Under the pieces are notes generated by a model. The model ran no database searches. It worked only from the letters and a program-made list of their open reading frames with translations, and was not told where the DNA came from. A program made the position numbers and the translations under genes. Source: an uncultured Verrucomicrobiae bacterium (GTDB lineage Bacteria > Verrucomicrobiota > Verrucomicrobiia > Limisphaerales > JAFGQR01). From it: a DNA stretch of 64,000 nucleotides. Shown here piece after piece: positions 30,081 through 40,693 of this stretch. Position 1 is the stretch's first letter. Each line of letters starts with the position of its first letter. The DNA is taken from positions 96,001 through 160,000 of the forward strand of contig CAWBHS010000049.1 in assembly GCA_963788655.1 (NCBI GenBank). Reading direction: 5' to 3'.

Positions 30081-30344
30081 TCAGGAGGGTGCGCCAACCA
30101 TCTGCCGGGCCAACCGCTGGAGAACAGCGATGAACTTGTTGGCCCGCACGTAGCCGTCGTACTCGGCGCGCTCATCCTCCGTGAGCTGGCCTTCGTTGGA
30201 TTTGTCGGCCAGTTCTTCGATTCGCCGCTGAAGCTCCGGGTCTGGCCTGAAACTCAGGACCGCTTGCGCCTTCTCGGGGAAGACAATCTGCACCACGGGA
30301 CGAATCCCGCGGCCAAAGGCAGCCATTTCCACTGTCGTCGGCAT
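30081..30344 (-). CDS. Small partner (putative antitoxin) of the HNH protein
   Basis: LQRRIEELADKSNEGQLTEDERAEYDGYV; directly upstream of the HNH gene. Confidence 0.7.
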   Translation of the reverse strand: MPTTVEMAAFGRGIRPVVQIVFPEKAQAVLSFRPDPELQRRIEELADKSNEGQLTEDERAEYDGYVRANKFIAVLQRLARQMVGAPS

Positions 30345-30404
30345 GACACTACTTTACGGCAGGATGGCTGTTTGGGAAGTCAAAAAGCGTGCTTCTCACT
30401 CACC

Positions 30405-30600
30405 TGTAACGATCCACTTTCAGACTTCCTCCAACCGCGTTTACTCCCTGTTCAGCAAGACCAGCGTATCCGAGGTCGACTGGACAGAAGTCCCCGGCCA
30501 AACCACCATCCCCGGCACGGGCGGCCTGGATGCCTTATCCGACACCAACCATGCCCCAGCCAAATACTACAAAGTCGGCGTCCGCGTCCCTGAACAATAA
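30405..30600 (+). repeat. Orphan secreted-protein C-terminal domain fragment, copy B
   Basis: TIHFQTSSNRVYSL..WTEVPGQTTIPGTGGLDALSDTNHAPAKYYKVGVRVPEQ*. Confidence 0.75.
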
Positions 30601-30737
30601 TGACTTCTCTGGGAAGGGCTAAATTGGTACCCTGGCAAGCCAAATTTGTTGGCCGCACATTGGCTATCATAAACATTGAAAAGAAGCGCGCCGCAGGAGT
30701 TTTGTTCGCGCCGTCTCACTCCATCAGCCCCAGGGGC

Positions 30738-31089
30738 TCAGAGGGGCAGATAGCGCACCTGACCTTCCCACTCATCTGGCCAACTGCACTCCACAATCAA
30801 GAGAATGTCTTCCACTGCTTTCCTGATGGGTACTTCCCGGCTTACTTCGAATACTCCGGGCATGGGCAATCCCGCCTTCACACGCTCGTAGGCGTACTTG
30901 GTGATGGTCCGCACATCTTGCGATAACAGCACTCGGCTAGTATCTGCTTGCCCAAGCCAGCACGGTGGGATCGTCTGTGCCGGCCAAACCGGCGTCCTGC
31001 ACCCGCACCACGTCCAAGTCTGCTCGGCGCCACCGGAGTGCGCGCAGGATGTCGTTGTTGAAGTTCTCGTCCGCCGCCAACTTTGTCAT
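30738..31089 (-). pseudogene. DUF5615 PIN-like toxin, disrupted
   Basis: MTKLAADENFNNDILRAL..VVRVQDAGL..DDPTVLAWA, then a frame change to LLSQDVRT..GLPMPGVF..EWEGQVRYLPL. Confidence 0.8.
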
Positions 31090-31430
31090 GACCGGGTGGA
31101 GGGCTGGGTAGAGCGACGGGCCAGGAGGCGTTCCCGAATTCCGGGTGATGGGTGTCGCCGCTCATTCTCCTGTCGCGTCACGGTCGCTTGCTCTCGGACA
31201 TTCTTCAGATAGCCCTCCACCTCCTCACGATGCCGCAGACAAAATCCCAGGGTGGCATATACATCGGCCAGTTCGAGTGTCGGGTACTGCTGGACGATCT
31301 CCTCCGCGGTGGCGCCTTCATGAAACGCGCCAACCACTGATTCCAGAGTTACTCGCGTGCCACCCACCCGAATCACGCCATCGGCATCTGTCGCCAGTGG
31401 CAATTTTTCAGTTTGTTCTGCAATCATCAT
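31086..31430 (-). CDS. DUF433 antitoxin-like protein
   Basis: IRVGGTRVTLESVV..GATAEEIVQQYPTLELADVYA. Confidence 0.9.
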   Translation of the reverse strand: MMIAEQTEKLPLATDADGVIRVGGTRVTLESVVGAFHEGATAEEIVQQYPTLELADVYATLGFCLRHREEVEGYLKNVREQATVTRQENERRHPSPGIRERLLARRSTQPSTRS

Positions 31431-32104
31431 TGCCCGAGAACATACCTCTTCCACAGGTCCTGACAAGTCCGGCCTTCCCGTCAGGCTGCGGCGTTTAATT
31501 CGTATTCTTGATCACGACAATTCCTCTCCGATCTTCCCCTCGACAACAGGATTATTCACATGCAAAATCATTCAAGCCGACATGCGAACGCGATACGAGA
31601 TTAAACCGCCAAATTTACCCACGGTTCATCGCTGGGTATGGATGGCTTTGGCGTTACTGGTGTGTGCTCCAGCTCAGGCCCGGATCCAAGGCTTGGTCTA
31701 TTTACGTGAGCCAGCGATAACCAACGGACATTTCCGTTTTGTTCTGCATGGCGAATCCAAAGTGGGATACCGTATTTGGCAGACACAGGATCGGTCGATG
31801 TGGACGTGCAGTATCACCAACTCCCCCAATATTTCGAGAATGCGGCGTTGGCGCTGATAGGGCCGTGGAACTTGCCTCTCGCCGCTGCACGCGCAAACTC
31901 CGGTGTTGAAACCGGAAGTTTGGATGATGCCGCCCTCGGCGGCGGACGGACGGTGTCTCCGGCAACTCTTTACGCATCCGGAACAATGGGTGGAAACTCG
32001 GTCACTGGTCCAGGTGCTGGGCTATGCGGATCACCAGTTGAATCGGCAGTTCAACGATGAAGAATTGCGCGTTTGGCTGCCGATGATCGAACGGTGGAGC
32101 TCCG

Positions 32105-32291
32105 TGCGTGACAAGCGCAGAAACGCCTCAGGCACCAACGCCGTCGCCTGGAGGGTTTGCCCCGGCGCTTTGCGGGCCATCATCCCGCCGGCCAGATGAC
32201 GCAACGCTTCATAAACCGCGGGCAAGAGATCAGCGGCTCGGCCAGCCTGCGCCGGGGAGCCCGGCGCGGAAACTAGGCGCTCTGCTTCCAT
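32105..32291 (-). pseudogene. N-terminal fragment of an ECF-type sigma factor (PVC-type)
   Basis: AADLLPAVYEALRHLA..MARKAPGQTLQATALV.EAFLRL; truncated. Confidence 0.8.
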
Positions 32292-32617
32292 GGAGATGGC
32301 GATAACTTATCCACAAGCCGGGAAGAATTCAATCAAAAACGCGGCCGCCAGCCTCCATTTCGGCGGTCCCATAGCCGAAGCAGACGGCGTAGCTCGCATG
32401 GGCTTCAGCCGGAGCGAATCGACCGGCTTGAGCGCGAAGTCGGAACCATCATTCACTTCCTTGGGTGAAGGCCCGACGCGCGCCGTCCGAAGCGAATGGA
32501 CGCCAGGTAAGGTTTGGGCAACGTCATTTCCGGGAGTTGCACAATGGCCGCGGACTCCGCCATCGGCTTAACACGGAAAGCTTGTCAGGCCATCCCGTTT
32601 GGAATATCACTCGACTC

Positions 32618-34156
32618 ATGAAAACAAAACTTCCGCTCCTTCCCGTGCTGTTCGGCGGCCTCCTGCTGTTGGGAGAAATGTCCATGCCGGCCGCGGAACC
32701 AGCCCGCGTGGATGTCATCCTTTGGTTTGACACCGAGGACTATTTATTGCCGGCATCCGATGATGCCGTTTTGCGCCTGGCGATGATGCTCACCGAGCGG
32801 AACATCCACGCCACATTCAAAGTGGTCGGCGAACGGGCGCGTGTCCTCGAACGTCGCGGTCGGCAGGATGTCATTGCCGCGCTCAAGCAACATTGCCTCG
32901 CGTACCACGCGAATTTTCACTCCGTGCATCCGACGCCGTCGGAGTACTTGGCCGATTGCGATCTGTTGGATGGCATGGCGGAATTCATCCGGCGCGAGGG
33001 CGGCGGAGCCGATGACGTGCGACGCGTTTTTAACGTCCCCACCCTGGCGTGCTACGGCCAGCCGGGTTCATCCTGGGCGCCGCAAACCATTACGGCGTTG
33101 AAAGCCATCGGCGTCGCGCCACATGGGGTGCCGTGTTACGTGGATGAAGGCGATCACGTCGGCTTGAATGAAAAGCCGTTTTGGTATGGCGGGGCGCTAA
33201 CGGTTTATCACATGGGGGAGAACTGCACCCGTATGGACTTGCACGATCCTGCCGCCGTCAAACCTGCCCAACAGCGGGTGTCCGCCGTTGCCGAGCGGTT
33301 GCGCGAGGCAGGGGGCGGCCTGATCAGCATCTACTACCATCCGTGCGAATGGGTTCATCGGCAATTCTGGGACGGCGTCAATTTCAGCCGCGGCGCCAAT
33401 CCGCCCCGCGAGCAGTGGAAGATTCCTCCGCAGCGGACGGCGGCCGAAACGGACGGCGCCTTCCAGCGCTTTGGCGAATACATCGACTACATCCGCACCC
33501 TGCCGAACTTGCGCTTCGTGACGGCGAGTGACTTACCGCTGATTTACCCGGACACCGTTCGCTCCGTCGGCGCCACGGAAGATGACTTGAAACAAATCGC
33601 AGCCCGCCTTGCTGCCGCGAGCACGGACGGCATCGGCATGCAGGTGATTGGCATTCGTGCCTATTCGCTGGCCGACCAATTCGAACTCCTCGGCGTGGCC
33701 GTGGGCAAATTAATAGAGGGGAAAACACTTGAGTATCCCAGACCGGCCAAAGGACTTCTTGGCCCGGATCATCCGCCACCCTCGACTTCCAAAATCAAGC
33801 AACTTGACTGGCCGGCCTTTCGCGATGCCGCGCTCGACGTTCGCAACTTCATTGGGGCTGAGCACCGGATCCCGGCGCGGGTGTTTGTCGGCGCCGAAGC
33901 GTTTCCCCCGGCCGATTTTCTCACCGGTCTGGCCGCGGTGTACCACTACTATTGTCAGGAGGGAAAACTTCCGGAGCAAACCGGTGTGACGTTGCGCCAG
34001 GGGCTGGAAGTGCTACCCGCGCGTCATGTCGCCAAAGACACTCCTGGCCTGTTTGGCGGTTGGGTCATTCACCGGGAAGGTTTTCGCGCGCCGAAGATTC
34101 TCGAAGTCGCCCGCCTCCAAGCCTGGACCTTGAAGCCCGCAATTCGGAACGAATAA
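32618..34156 (+). CDS. Secreted polysaccharide-deacetylase-like protein
   Basis: ILWFDTED, ATFKVVG, HANFHSVHP, YYHPCEW. Confidence 0.6.
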   Translation: MKTKLPLLPVLFGGLLLLGEMSMPAAEPARVDVILWFDTEDYLLPASDDAVLRLAMMLTERNIHATFKVVGERARVLERRGRQDVIAALKQHCLAYHANFHSVHPTPSEYLADCDLLDGMAEFIRREGGGADDVRRVFNVPTLACYGQPGSSWAPQTITALKAIGVAPHGVPCYVDEGDHVGLNEKPFWYGGALTVYHMGENCTRMDLHDPAAVKPAQQRVSAVAERLREAGGGLISIYYHPCEWVHRQFWDGVNFSRGANPPREQWKIPPQRTAAETDGAFQRFGEYIDYIRTLPNLRFVTASDLPLIYPDTVRSVGATEDDLKQIAARLAAASTDGIGMQVIGIRAYSLADQFELLGVAVGKLIEGKTLEYPRPAKGLLGPDHPPPSTSKIKQLDWPAFRDAALDVRNFIGAEHRIPARVFVGAEAFPPADFLTGLAAVYHYYCQEGKLPEQTGVTLRQGLEVLPARHVAKDTPGLFGGWVIHREGFRAPKILEVARLQAWTLKPAIRNE

Positions 34157-34178
34157 TCCGGATATTTCTCACCCTCTC

Positions 34179-34246
34179 GTAGCTACCGACGAAAGAGGCG
34201 GACTTGAGGCATCGGACCGTGTTCCGTCGCCTCACATCGTCGGTTA
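34179..34246. repeat. Degenerate GTAG REP doublet
   Basis: gtagctaccgacgaaagaggcgg..ccgtcgcctcacatcgtcggttac. Confidence 0.5.
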
Positions 34247-34411
34247 CCGCAACGGCCAGTTGTTAGCGATCACTGGACAGGAAGCTTTCGAATTGCGGAA
34301 GTCGGTCTTCGAATTTCTCGCTCGATTACTTGCAAAAACAGTCGCGTCAACTACCTTACAGGCCGATAAGGCATTAAAACAATTAACGGTTAACCTAAGA
34401 TATAGCTATTC

Positions 34412-34981
34412 ATGAATACTCGAAACACAGTTGGTTCTCTCATTGTGGGCACTTTGTTATGGGGAGCGGGCGCGCTGAGGTCGGCGGAGGCCCCGCCGGA
34501 ACATGGCCATGAGTGGGCCGCCGTCAAACAGGCGGTGGCAGTGCTCCATCCCACGGCGGGCAATACCTGCCACGGGGAAATCCGGTTTACCCAGGTGGGC
34601 GATCAAGTCAAGGTGGTGGCGGACATTGAAGGGCTTACCCCCGGGCAAAAACATGCGATCCACATTCACCAATACGGCGATTGTCAGGCCGCCAACGGCA
34701 CCAGCGCGGGCGGACACTACAATCCGGAAGGTTATCCGCACGGGCTTCCCAATCAGGAACGCCGTCACGCCGGCGACCTGGGTAATCTCCAAGCCGATGC
34801 CAACGGCAAGGCACATCTCGAGCTCACGGTGGACAACATCTCCGTCGCGGGCATGAAGAACCCGATCATTGGGCGCGGGATCATTGTTCACGCGAAACCC
34901 GATGACGGTGGGCAACCCACCGGCAATGCGGGCGCGCGCATCGCCTGCGGCGTCATTGGCATCGCCAATCCCAAATCGTAA
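34412..34981 (+). CDS. sodC: Cu/Zn superoxide dismutase
   Basis: HAIHIH, SAGGHYNP, HAGDLGNL, GNAGARIACGVI. Confidence 0.95.
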   Translation: MNTRNTVGSLIVGTLLWGAGALRSAEAPPEHGHEWAAVKQAVAVLHPTAGNTCHGEIRFTQVGDQVKVVADIEGLTPGQKHAIHIHQYGDCQAANGTSAGGHYNPEGYPHGLPNQERRHAGDLGNLQADANGKAHLELTVDNISVAGMKNPIIGRGIIVHAKPDDGGQPTGNAGARIACGVIGIANPKS

Positions 34982-35123
34982 TCCGCACCAACTGCAACCA
35001 TTCCGATAGAAGAGGGCGGCGCAGCAGCGCCGCCCTTGCTTTTCAGAGTCTGGCGGCGCACCTGAATTGAATGCAGTTTTCGCCACCCGCTGGAGGCCGA
35101 GGCGTTTCGGCAAATACTCAGGT

Positions 35124-36894
35124 TCAGGCGACTTTGACTTTAACCCGGCAGCCTTTGATCTCGGCACGGTTCAATTTGGCAATGATGCGCTGCACATGTT
35201 CCGTTGCCACGTCCACAAACAAGTGACGCTCCCGGATGTCCACCTTGCCAATCACCTTGCCCGGCAAGCCGGTAAGCCCGGCGACAACGTTGACGATGTC
35301 CAACGGAGTAACGTCCATTTGCTTGCCAATGTTGATGTGGAGGCAAGTCTGTTCGTCCGGAGTGCGGCGGGCGGACTTCGGCGGACGAATCGCCTGGGGA
35401 GCCGGGCGGGCGGAACCCGGTGGGGGCGAGGGGGAGCGGGGCACGGCGGCCTTGACCGGCGGTTGCGATGGTTGACGCGGAGGCGGTTCATTCCTCTGCG
35501 GGCGACGAGCGTCTTGGGGCGGGCGAACAGGTGCGCGCTCCCGGTGCCGGGGCGGTTCGACGGGGGGCGGCTTGGCGACGGCAGGTTTGCCGGGGGGCGG
35601 CGCTTCGCCGCTTTGCAGGAGATGGATCAGCGCGGAGGCAATGTCAGTGGAACTGAAGCCTTCTTCCAATAGGTGCTCGATGAGGTGGTCTTGCGGCCTG
35701 AATTCGCCGCTTTGCAGGAGGGCGCGCAGTTTGTCGAGGAACACGCTGGCGCGCGCTTCTTCCACTTCGTGGACCGTCGGCGGCCGGCCGCGTCGGATGC
35801 GCACCTTGGCGTAGCGCTCGATGTTGCGGATCTGAAACATTTCGCGTCCCGACACGAAGGAGATGGCCCTGCCGCTGCGGCCCGCGCGGCCGGTGCGGCC
35901 GATGCGATGCACGTAATCCTCCCCGTCGTAAGGCAGGTCGTAGTTGAAGACCACTTCCACGTCCTCCACGTCAATGCCGCGCGCCGCCACGTCGGTGGCC
36001 ACGAGGAATTCGAGGCCGGACTTGCGGAACTGGTTCATCACGCGGTCGCGCATGGTCTGGCTCATGTCGCCGTGCAGCCGGTCGGCGGAATAACCCTGCG
36101 CTTCGAGATGATCCACCAGGTCGTCCACCATGCGTTTGGTGTTGCAGAAAATGATGCCGAGCTTGAGGTCGTGAAGGTCAATGAGCCGCGTCAGCAATTC
36201 GACTTTGTAGCGGCGGTCCACTTCGTAATAGACCTGCTCGACCGTCGGCACGGTCATCGCCTTTTGCTCGATGCGGACATGCTGCGGATCCCGCGCGAAC
36301 TTCTCGATCAATTCCTGAATCGGCCGCGGCATGGTGGCGGAGAAGAAAACCGTCTGCCGCTCGGCGGGGACCGCTTTCAGAATGAACTCGATGTCGTCGC
36401 GGAAACCCATGTTCAACATCACGTCCGCCTCGTCGAGAATGGCCATCTTCACGGCGTTCAGCCGGAGCGTGCCGCGCTCGCATGTGGTCCATGATGCGGC
36501 CCGGCGTGCCGATGACGATTTGCGCGCCCTGCCGCAGGCCCAGGAGCTGGCGGTCGTAGGATTGGCCGCCATAGATCGGCAGCGCATGAATGCCGCGCTT
36601 GAACAGCGTCAGCTTGTGGATTTCCTCCGAGACCTGCACCGCCAGTTCGCGCGTCGGGCAAAGGATGAGCACCTGCGTCTCGCGTTTTTGCGGATCCACC
36701 TTTTCAATCGCGGGCACCGCAAACGCCGCGGTCTTGCCGGAGCCGGTCTGCGACTGGCCCACGACGTCACGGCCTTGCTGGAGTACGGGAATGGCCTCGG
36801 CCTGAATGGGCGAGGCCTGTTCAAAGCCGAGTTTGTCGATGGCCTTCAGCAATTCGGCGGAAAGGCCCAGTTCGGAAAATAGTTTCGGTGTCAT
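35124..36894 (-). CDS. DEAD-box RNA helicase with DbpA-type C-terminal domain, frameshift near 36480
   Basis: [30 protein letters not shown]. Confidence 0.95.
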
Positions 36895-37051
36895 CTGCTA
36901 TGTTCTTAAAATACAGCTAACTCAATCTTGTTCATCCGGCAGGCGAAGCGCCCGCTGCAAGTCATGCTGAGCTTGTGGCCGCGAACCAGGACGACGGCAG
37001 AGGTACGACCGCCGGGCAAGTTCGGAAGCTTGGCCTTGATGTCTCGCAGGG

Positions 37052-37449
37052 TCAACCTCCGGCGAACACCGGTCGGAAACCGGCTTGGGTCAGGATCCGG
37101 GCGACTTCCGCGCGCTTGTCGCCCTGAATCTCAATTTGACCGTCCTTCACCGTGCCGCCAGTGCCACAGGCCTTCTGCATGGCTTTGGCGAGCTGCTCTT
37201 TTTCGGGCAGCCCAATGCCAACGAAGTTTTTGACGACGGTCACCGTCTTGCCACCGCGATGCGCTGTCTGCCGCAGGATATCCACCCGGCCACGATGTTT
37301 CCGGGGCGTCCGGAGCCCGCCAGCGGATCCGCCGACTCACCCGTTGCGCGTTCAGGGCCCGGCGGTAGTCCCGCGCTGCCCAATACGGCGAAAGGGTTGT
37401 GCCCAAAGGCCTGACTCTTGTTCGGGTCAACGTGTTTTTTACTACTCAT
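37052..37449 (-). CDS. yciH: SUI1/YciH translation initiation factor, frameshifted
   Basis: RGGKTVTVV..CGTGGTVKDGQIEIQGD. Confidence 0.85.
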
Positions 37450-37757
37450 GACATGGTTGTTCGCATCGGCTTGCTTCGCCATCGAGCCCGGAGCCTCGCG
37501 CTCGGCCACGGTCGTCTGGCGGGAACTTTAACAGCTTCGGCATGGATTTTGGAAGAACGCATTGCCGCAGCGAGCGCCAGGAGCAGGACCGCGCGGGCCC
37601 GAATTTTTCGACCCGAACGACGTGATAACATCCGAGCTGACAAGAATGTCGGCGCGCGGGCCGAATAGTGGGAATCCTCAGAAAAAGGCTCAACTTACCC
37701 TGCCAACTGACGATGCCCTAAGCAGGCAACGTGATGGCCGGTAATGGGCCCGTTGAG

Positions 37758-38498
37758 ATGATGCGCTGGATTCTAAATATTGTGGTCGCGGTCGTAATGC
37801 TCACTTGGTTTTCGTGGGCCTTGGGAGCGCAGGAAACGTTTGAGACCTTGAAGGTGGGCTCCCGGACCTATAGCAATGTCCGAGTCGTCAACCGAACGCC
37901 GCTGGACATTTATATCGCCCACGATGGCGGATTTTCGAATTTGAAGGTCCACGAACTTGATCCCGAGATTCTGGCCGCGCTGGGCTATGAGGTGCAGCCT
38001 GCCCGATCAACGGTTCCGGCCTTGGACTTTTCCAGCCTCCAGAAGAATCCCCGCATTCAAGCCGTGCAAAAAGAATTGGCCGCCCGACTGGAAGGCTCAG
38101 TGCTGAGAATGAATCAGACCACCGTGGCCGGCATGCTGGTGGCGGGTTTCGTGATTTACCTGTTCTTCTGCTATTGCAGTTTGCTGATTTGCCGGCGCAC
38201 CGGCAATGAAGCCGGAATCCTGATCTGGATTCCTGGCCTACAAATGTTTCCACTTTTGCGCGCTGCCGGAATGTCTGGCTGGTGGTTTATCCTGCTTCTG
38301 CTGCCCTTCTTGAACTTGGTCGCCAGCATTGTCTGGTGCCTCAAAATCGCCCAGGCTTGCGGCAAATCAGCCTTGGTCGGAATTCTCCTTATGCTCCCGC
38401 TGGTCGGTTTGTTTGCGTACCTCTATCTGGCTTTTTCCGGCGGCGACGAGGAAGAAGACAGTCTCCAACCCATCAAACTCAATTTGAGCCAGAGCTAA
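37758..38498 (+). CDS. Membrane protein (DUF5684-like)
   Basis: WIPGLQ..AGMSGWWFILLL.PFLN..IAQACGKS. Confidence 0.65.
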   Translation: MMRWILNIVVAVVMLTWFSWALGAQETFETLKVGSRTYSNVRVVNRTPLDIYIAHDGGFSNLKVHELDPEILAALGYEVQPARSTVPALDFSSLQKNPRIQAVQKELAARLEGSVLRMNQTTVAGMLVAGFVIYLFFCYCSLLICRRTGNEAGILIWIPGLQMFPLLRAAGMSGWWFILLLLPFLNLVASIVWCLKIAQACGKSALVGILLMLPLVGLFAYLYLAFSGGDEEEDSLQPIKLNLSQS

Positions 38499-38510
38499 CC
38501 GGCTTTCGGA

Positions 38511-38843
38511 TCAACTGCCTCGCACACTATCGCTCAACCAGTCAAGGTATCGCCGACTGCCGCTTTGCAGTGGCAGGGCGAGAAACTCGGCCGTGTCATA
38601 CGGGTGTTTTTCCAGGATGCATTTTTGCAATGCGACGAGCTTCGCTTTCGGGGTTTTCAAGATCAGGAGCACCTCCGCGCCGTGTTCGAGTTTGCCTTGC
38701 CACCAATAGTGCGACTCGATTTTGGGAATGATGTTGACGCATGCCGCCAGTCGGGCGGTTAACGCGGCCTGGGCCAACATCCGGCCGGTTTTGAGGTCCG
38801 GCGCGGTTACCAGCACCACCGCAAATTTGTCGGCGAGTTTCAT
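38511..38843 (-). CDS. cutA: Divalent cation tolerance protein
   Basis: LAACVNI..YWWQGK..HPYDTAE..YLDWL. Confidence 0.92.
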   Translation of the reverse strand: MKLADKFAVVLVTAPDLKTGRMLAQAALTARLAACVNIIPKIESHYWWQGKLEHGAEVLLILKTPKAKLVALQKCILEKHPYDTAEFLALPLQSGSRRYLDWLSDSVRGS

Positions 38844-38875
38844 GACGATTAGAGAATGGTTCTTCCCCCTCCGGC

Positions 38876-40076
38876 TCACCGAGCTCCGTCCACCACCTGG
38901 CAAATCATTGGTTGCGTCGCCCGGCCCGTGCGTTGCTCATATTGGGTGGCCATCGTCTTGACGAAATCATCCGCCTGATCCCGCCGAACCAAATTGATGG
39001 TAGCGCCGCCGAAACCGCCGCCCGTCAGGCGCGCACCCAGGCAGCCCGGATGAGCCTGGGCCAATTCCACGAGGACGTCGAGTTCTTCGCAACTGTTCTT
39101 GAACGAAGCGCGTGAGCTTTCGTGGCTTTGGAACATATACTGGCCGAATTGCTCAAAGTCACCGTCGCGCAACGCGCGCGCTCCGAAAACGACCCGTTGG
39201 ATTTCGCCGACAATATGGTGGGCGCACTGATATTCGCGCGCGGTCAGTTTGTCCTTGTTCGCCTGCAAATACTGCGTGTCCACCGATCGCAGCGACTTGG
39301 CGCCGAGTTTGAGCGCAGCGGCTTCGCAATACTGGCGCAAGGCGTTGTATTCGCCGGCCACCAATTCGTGTTTCACCCCAGTCTGGCAAACGACCACGGC
39401 AATCTCGCCGATCATGGGCACGTGTTCGACGGCCAGCGACTGGCAATCAATCTCGATGGCGTGGAAGGCGTCGCCAAAGAGCGAGGAGATTTGATCCAAC
39501 AGACCACAGTTGACGCCCACATAATGGTTTTCGGCGGCCTGACACAACTTGGCGATTTCGAGTTTTTCGTGAGGCGCCAGCGGTGGCAATTCACTGTCGG
39601 CGTCAGGAGCCGGAGGAACGGTCATGCCCGTGAGCGTAAGCGTATAGGGGCTCAACCGGCGCAGGGTTAGCGCCGTGGCCACTTCGAGTGCGGCCGAACT
39701 GCTCATGCCGGCGCCGAGCGGAATGGTGCCGTGAATGGCGGCGTTGAAGCCGCGGATCGGGCACGCCGCGTTGCCGCAATTGCAGCAAGACGCCCTTGAG
39801 GTAGTTGGCCCACGGCGCGGCCGGATTTTTCTCGATGGCGGTGGTGCTGAAAGCTTCCTTTTCCGGGAAGGCGGAAGACACCAACTCGATTTTGCCATCG
39901 GTGCGCGGCGAGGCCGCCATGAAGATGTAACGGTCCACCGCCAGCGCCATGACCAGGCCCTGGTTGTAGTCGGTGTGATTGCCGATCAATTCCAATCGAC
40001 CCGGCGCCTGGGTGACATGCGGCGGGGCGTGGCCGAAATGTTGTTTGAACAGTTGGATGACTTCGCGAGTGGGCAT
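38876..40076 (-). CDS. galK: Galactokinase, frameshift near 39760
   Basis: APGRLELIGNHTDYN, GAGMSSSAA, CGLLDQ, GARLTGGGFGG. Confidence 0.92.
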
Positions 40077-40108
40077 AGGCGGAGAATTAAAGGTGGTTCA
40101 GCGGACGC

Positions 40109-40408
40109 TTACCCGATTCTTTCCCAAAGGGTGATCTGGGGCGCTTCCCCGAACAGTTCGTCCGCCTTGGCCAGGAGTGCGGTCAGATGCGGGCGGGCCA
40201 GGTGATCATCCAGATGTTGCTTGCTGGTCCAGTTTTCGTGGAACAGGAACAGGGTAGGATCATCCGCCGCCTGGTGCAGGTCGTAGTTCACGCAACCCGG
40301 TTCGGCGCGGGTGATTGGGATCAGCGCCAGCAATTCCTGGCGCAATATCTCTTCCTGTCCTGGTTTGGCCTTAAGGCGAGCCACCACCGTAACTGTTTTG
40401 GAATTCAT
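40109..40408 (-). CDS. Putative quinol monooxygenase (ABM domain)
   Basis: TRAEPGCVNYDLH..FLFHENW..HL..PH. Confidence 0.88.
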   Translation of the reverse strand: MNSKTVTVVARLKAKPGQEEILRQELLALIPITRAEPGCVNYDLHQAADDPTLFLFHENWTSKQHLDDHLARPHLTALLAKADELFGEAPQITLWERIG

Positions 40409-40693
40409 AACGTTCCGATCATCAGGCAGAACGCCGGGGTAAGGCAAACGGAAAGCACCGCGGATTGAGCGATGAATCGTCCGAAGATCGAAAAGCTGTG
40501 CTCAGCTTGGCGCAAGTTTCGGCAGCGTTCCTTGATTGCCCGAATGCAATCTCTTGATGCCGCATTGAAAACGCGTGTCCTAAAACACACTTGCCACCTG
40601 GGGCCATTGGCCTACGCTGCTTGAAATCCAAACGCCTTTGCGCCACATCTAGACCGCCGCAACCGGCCTGCGAACGTGCATAAACTGAACAAC

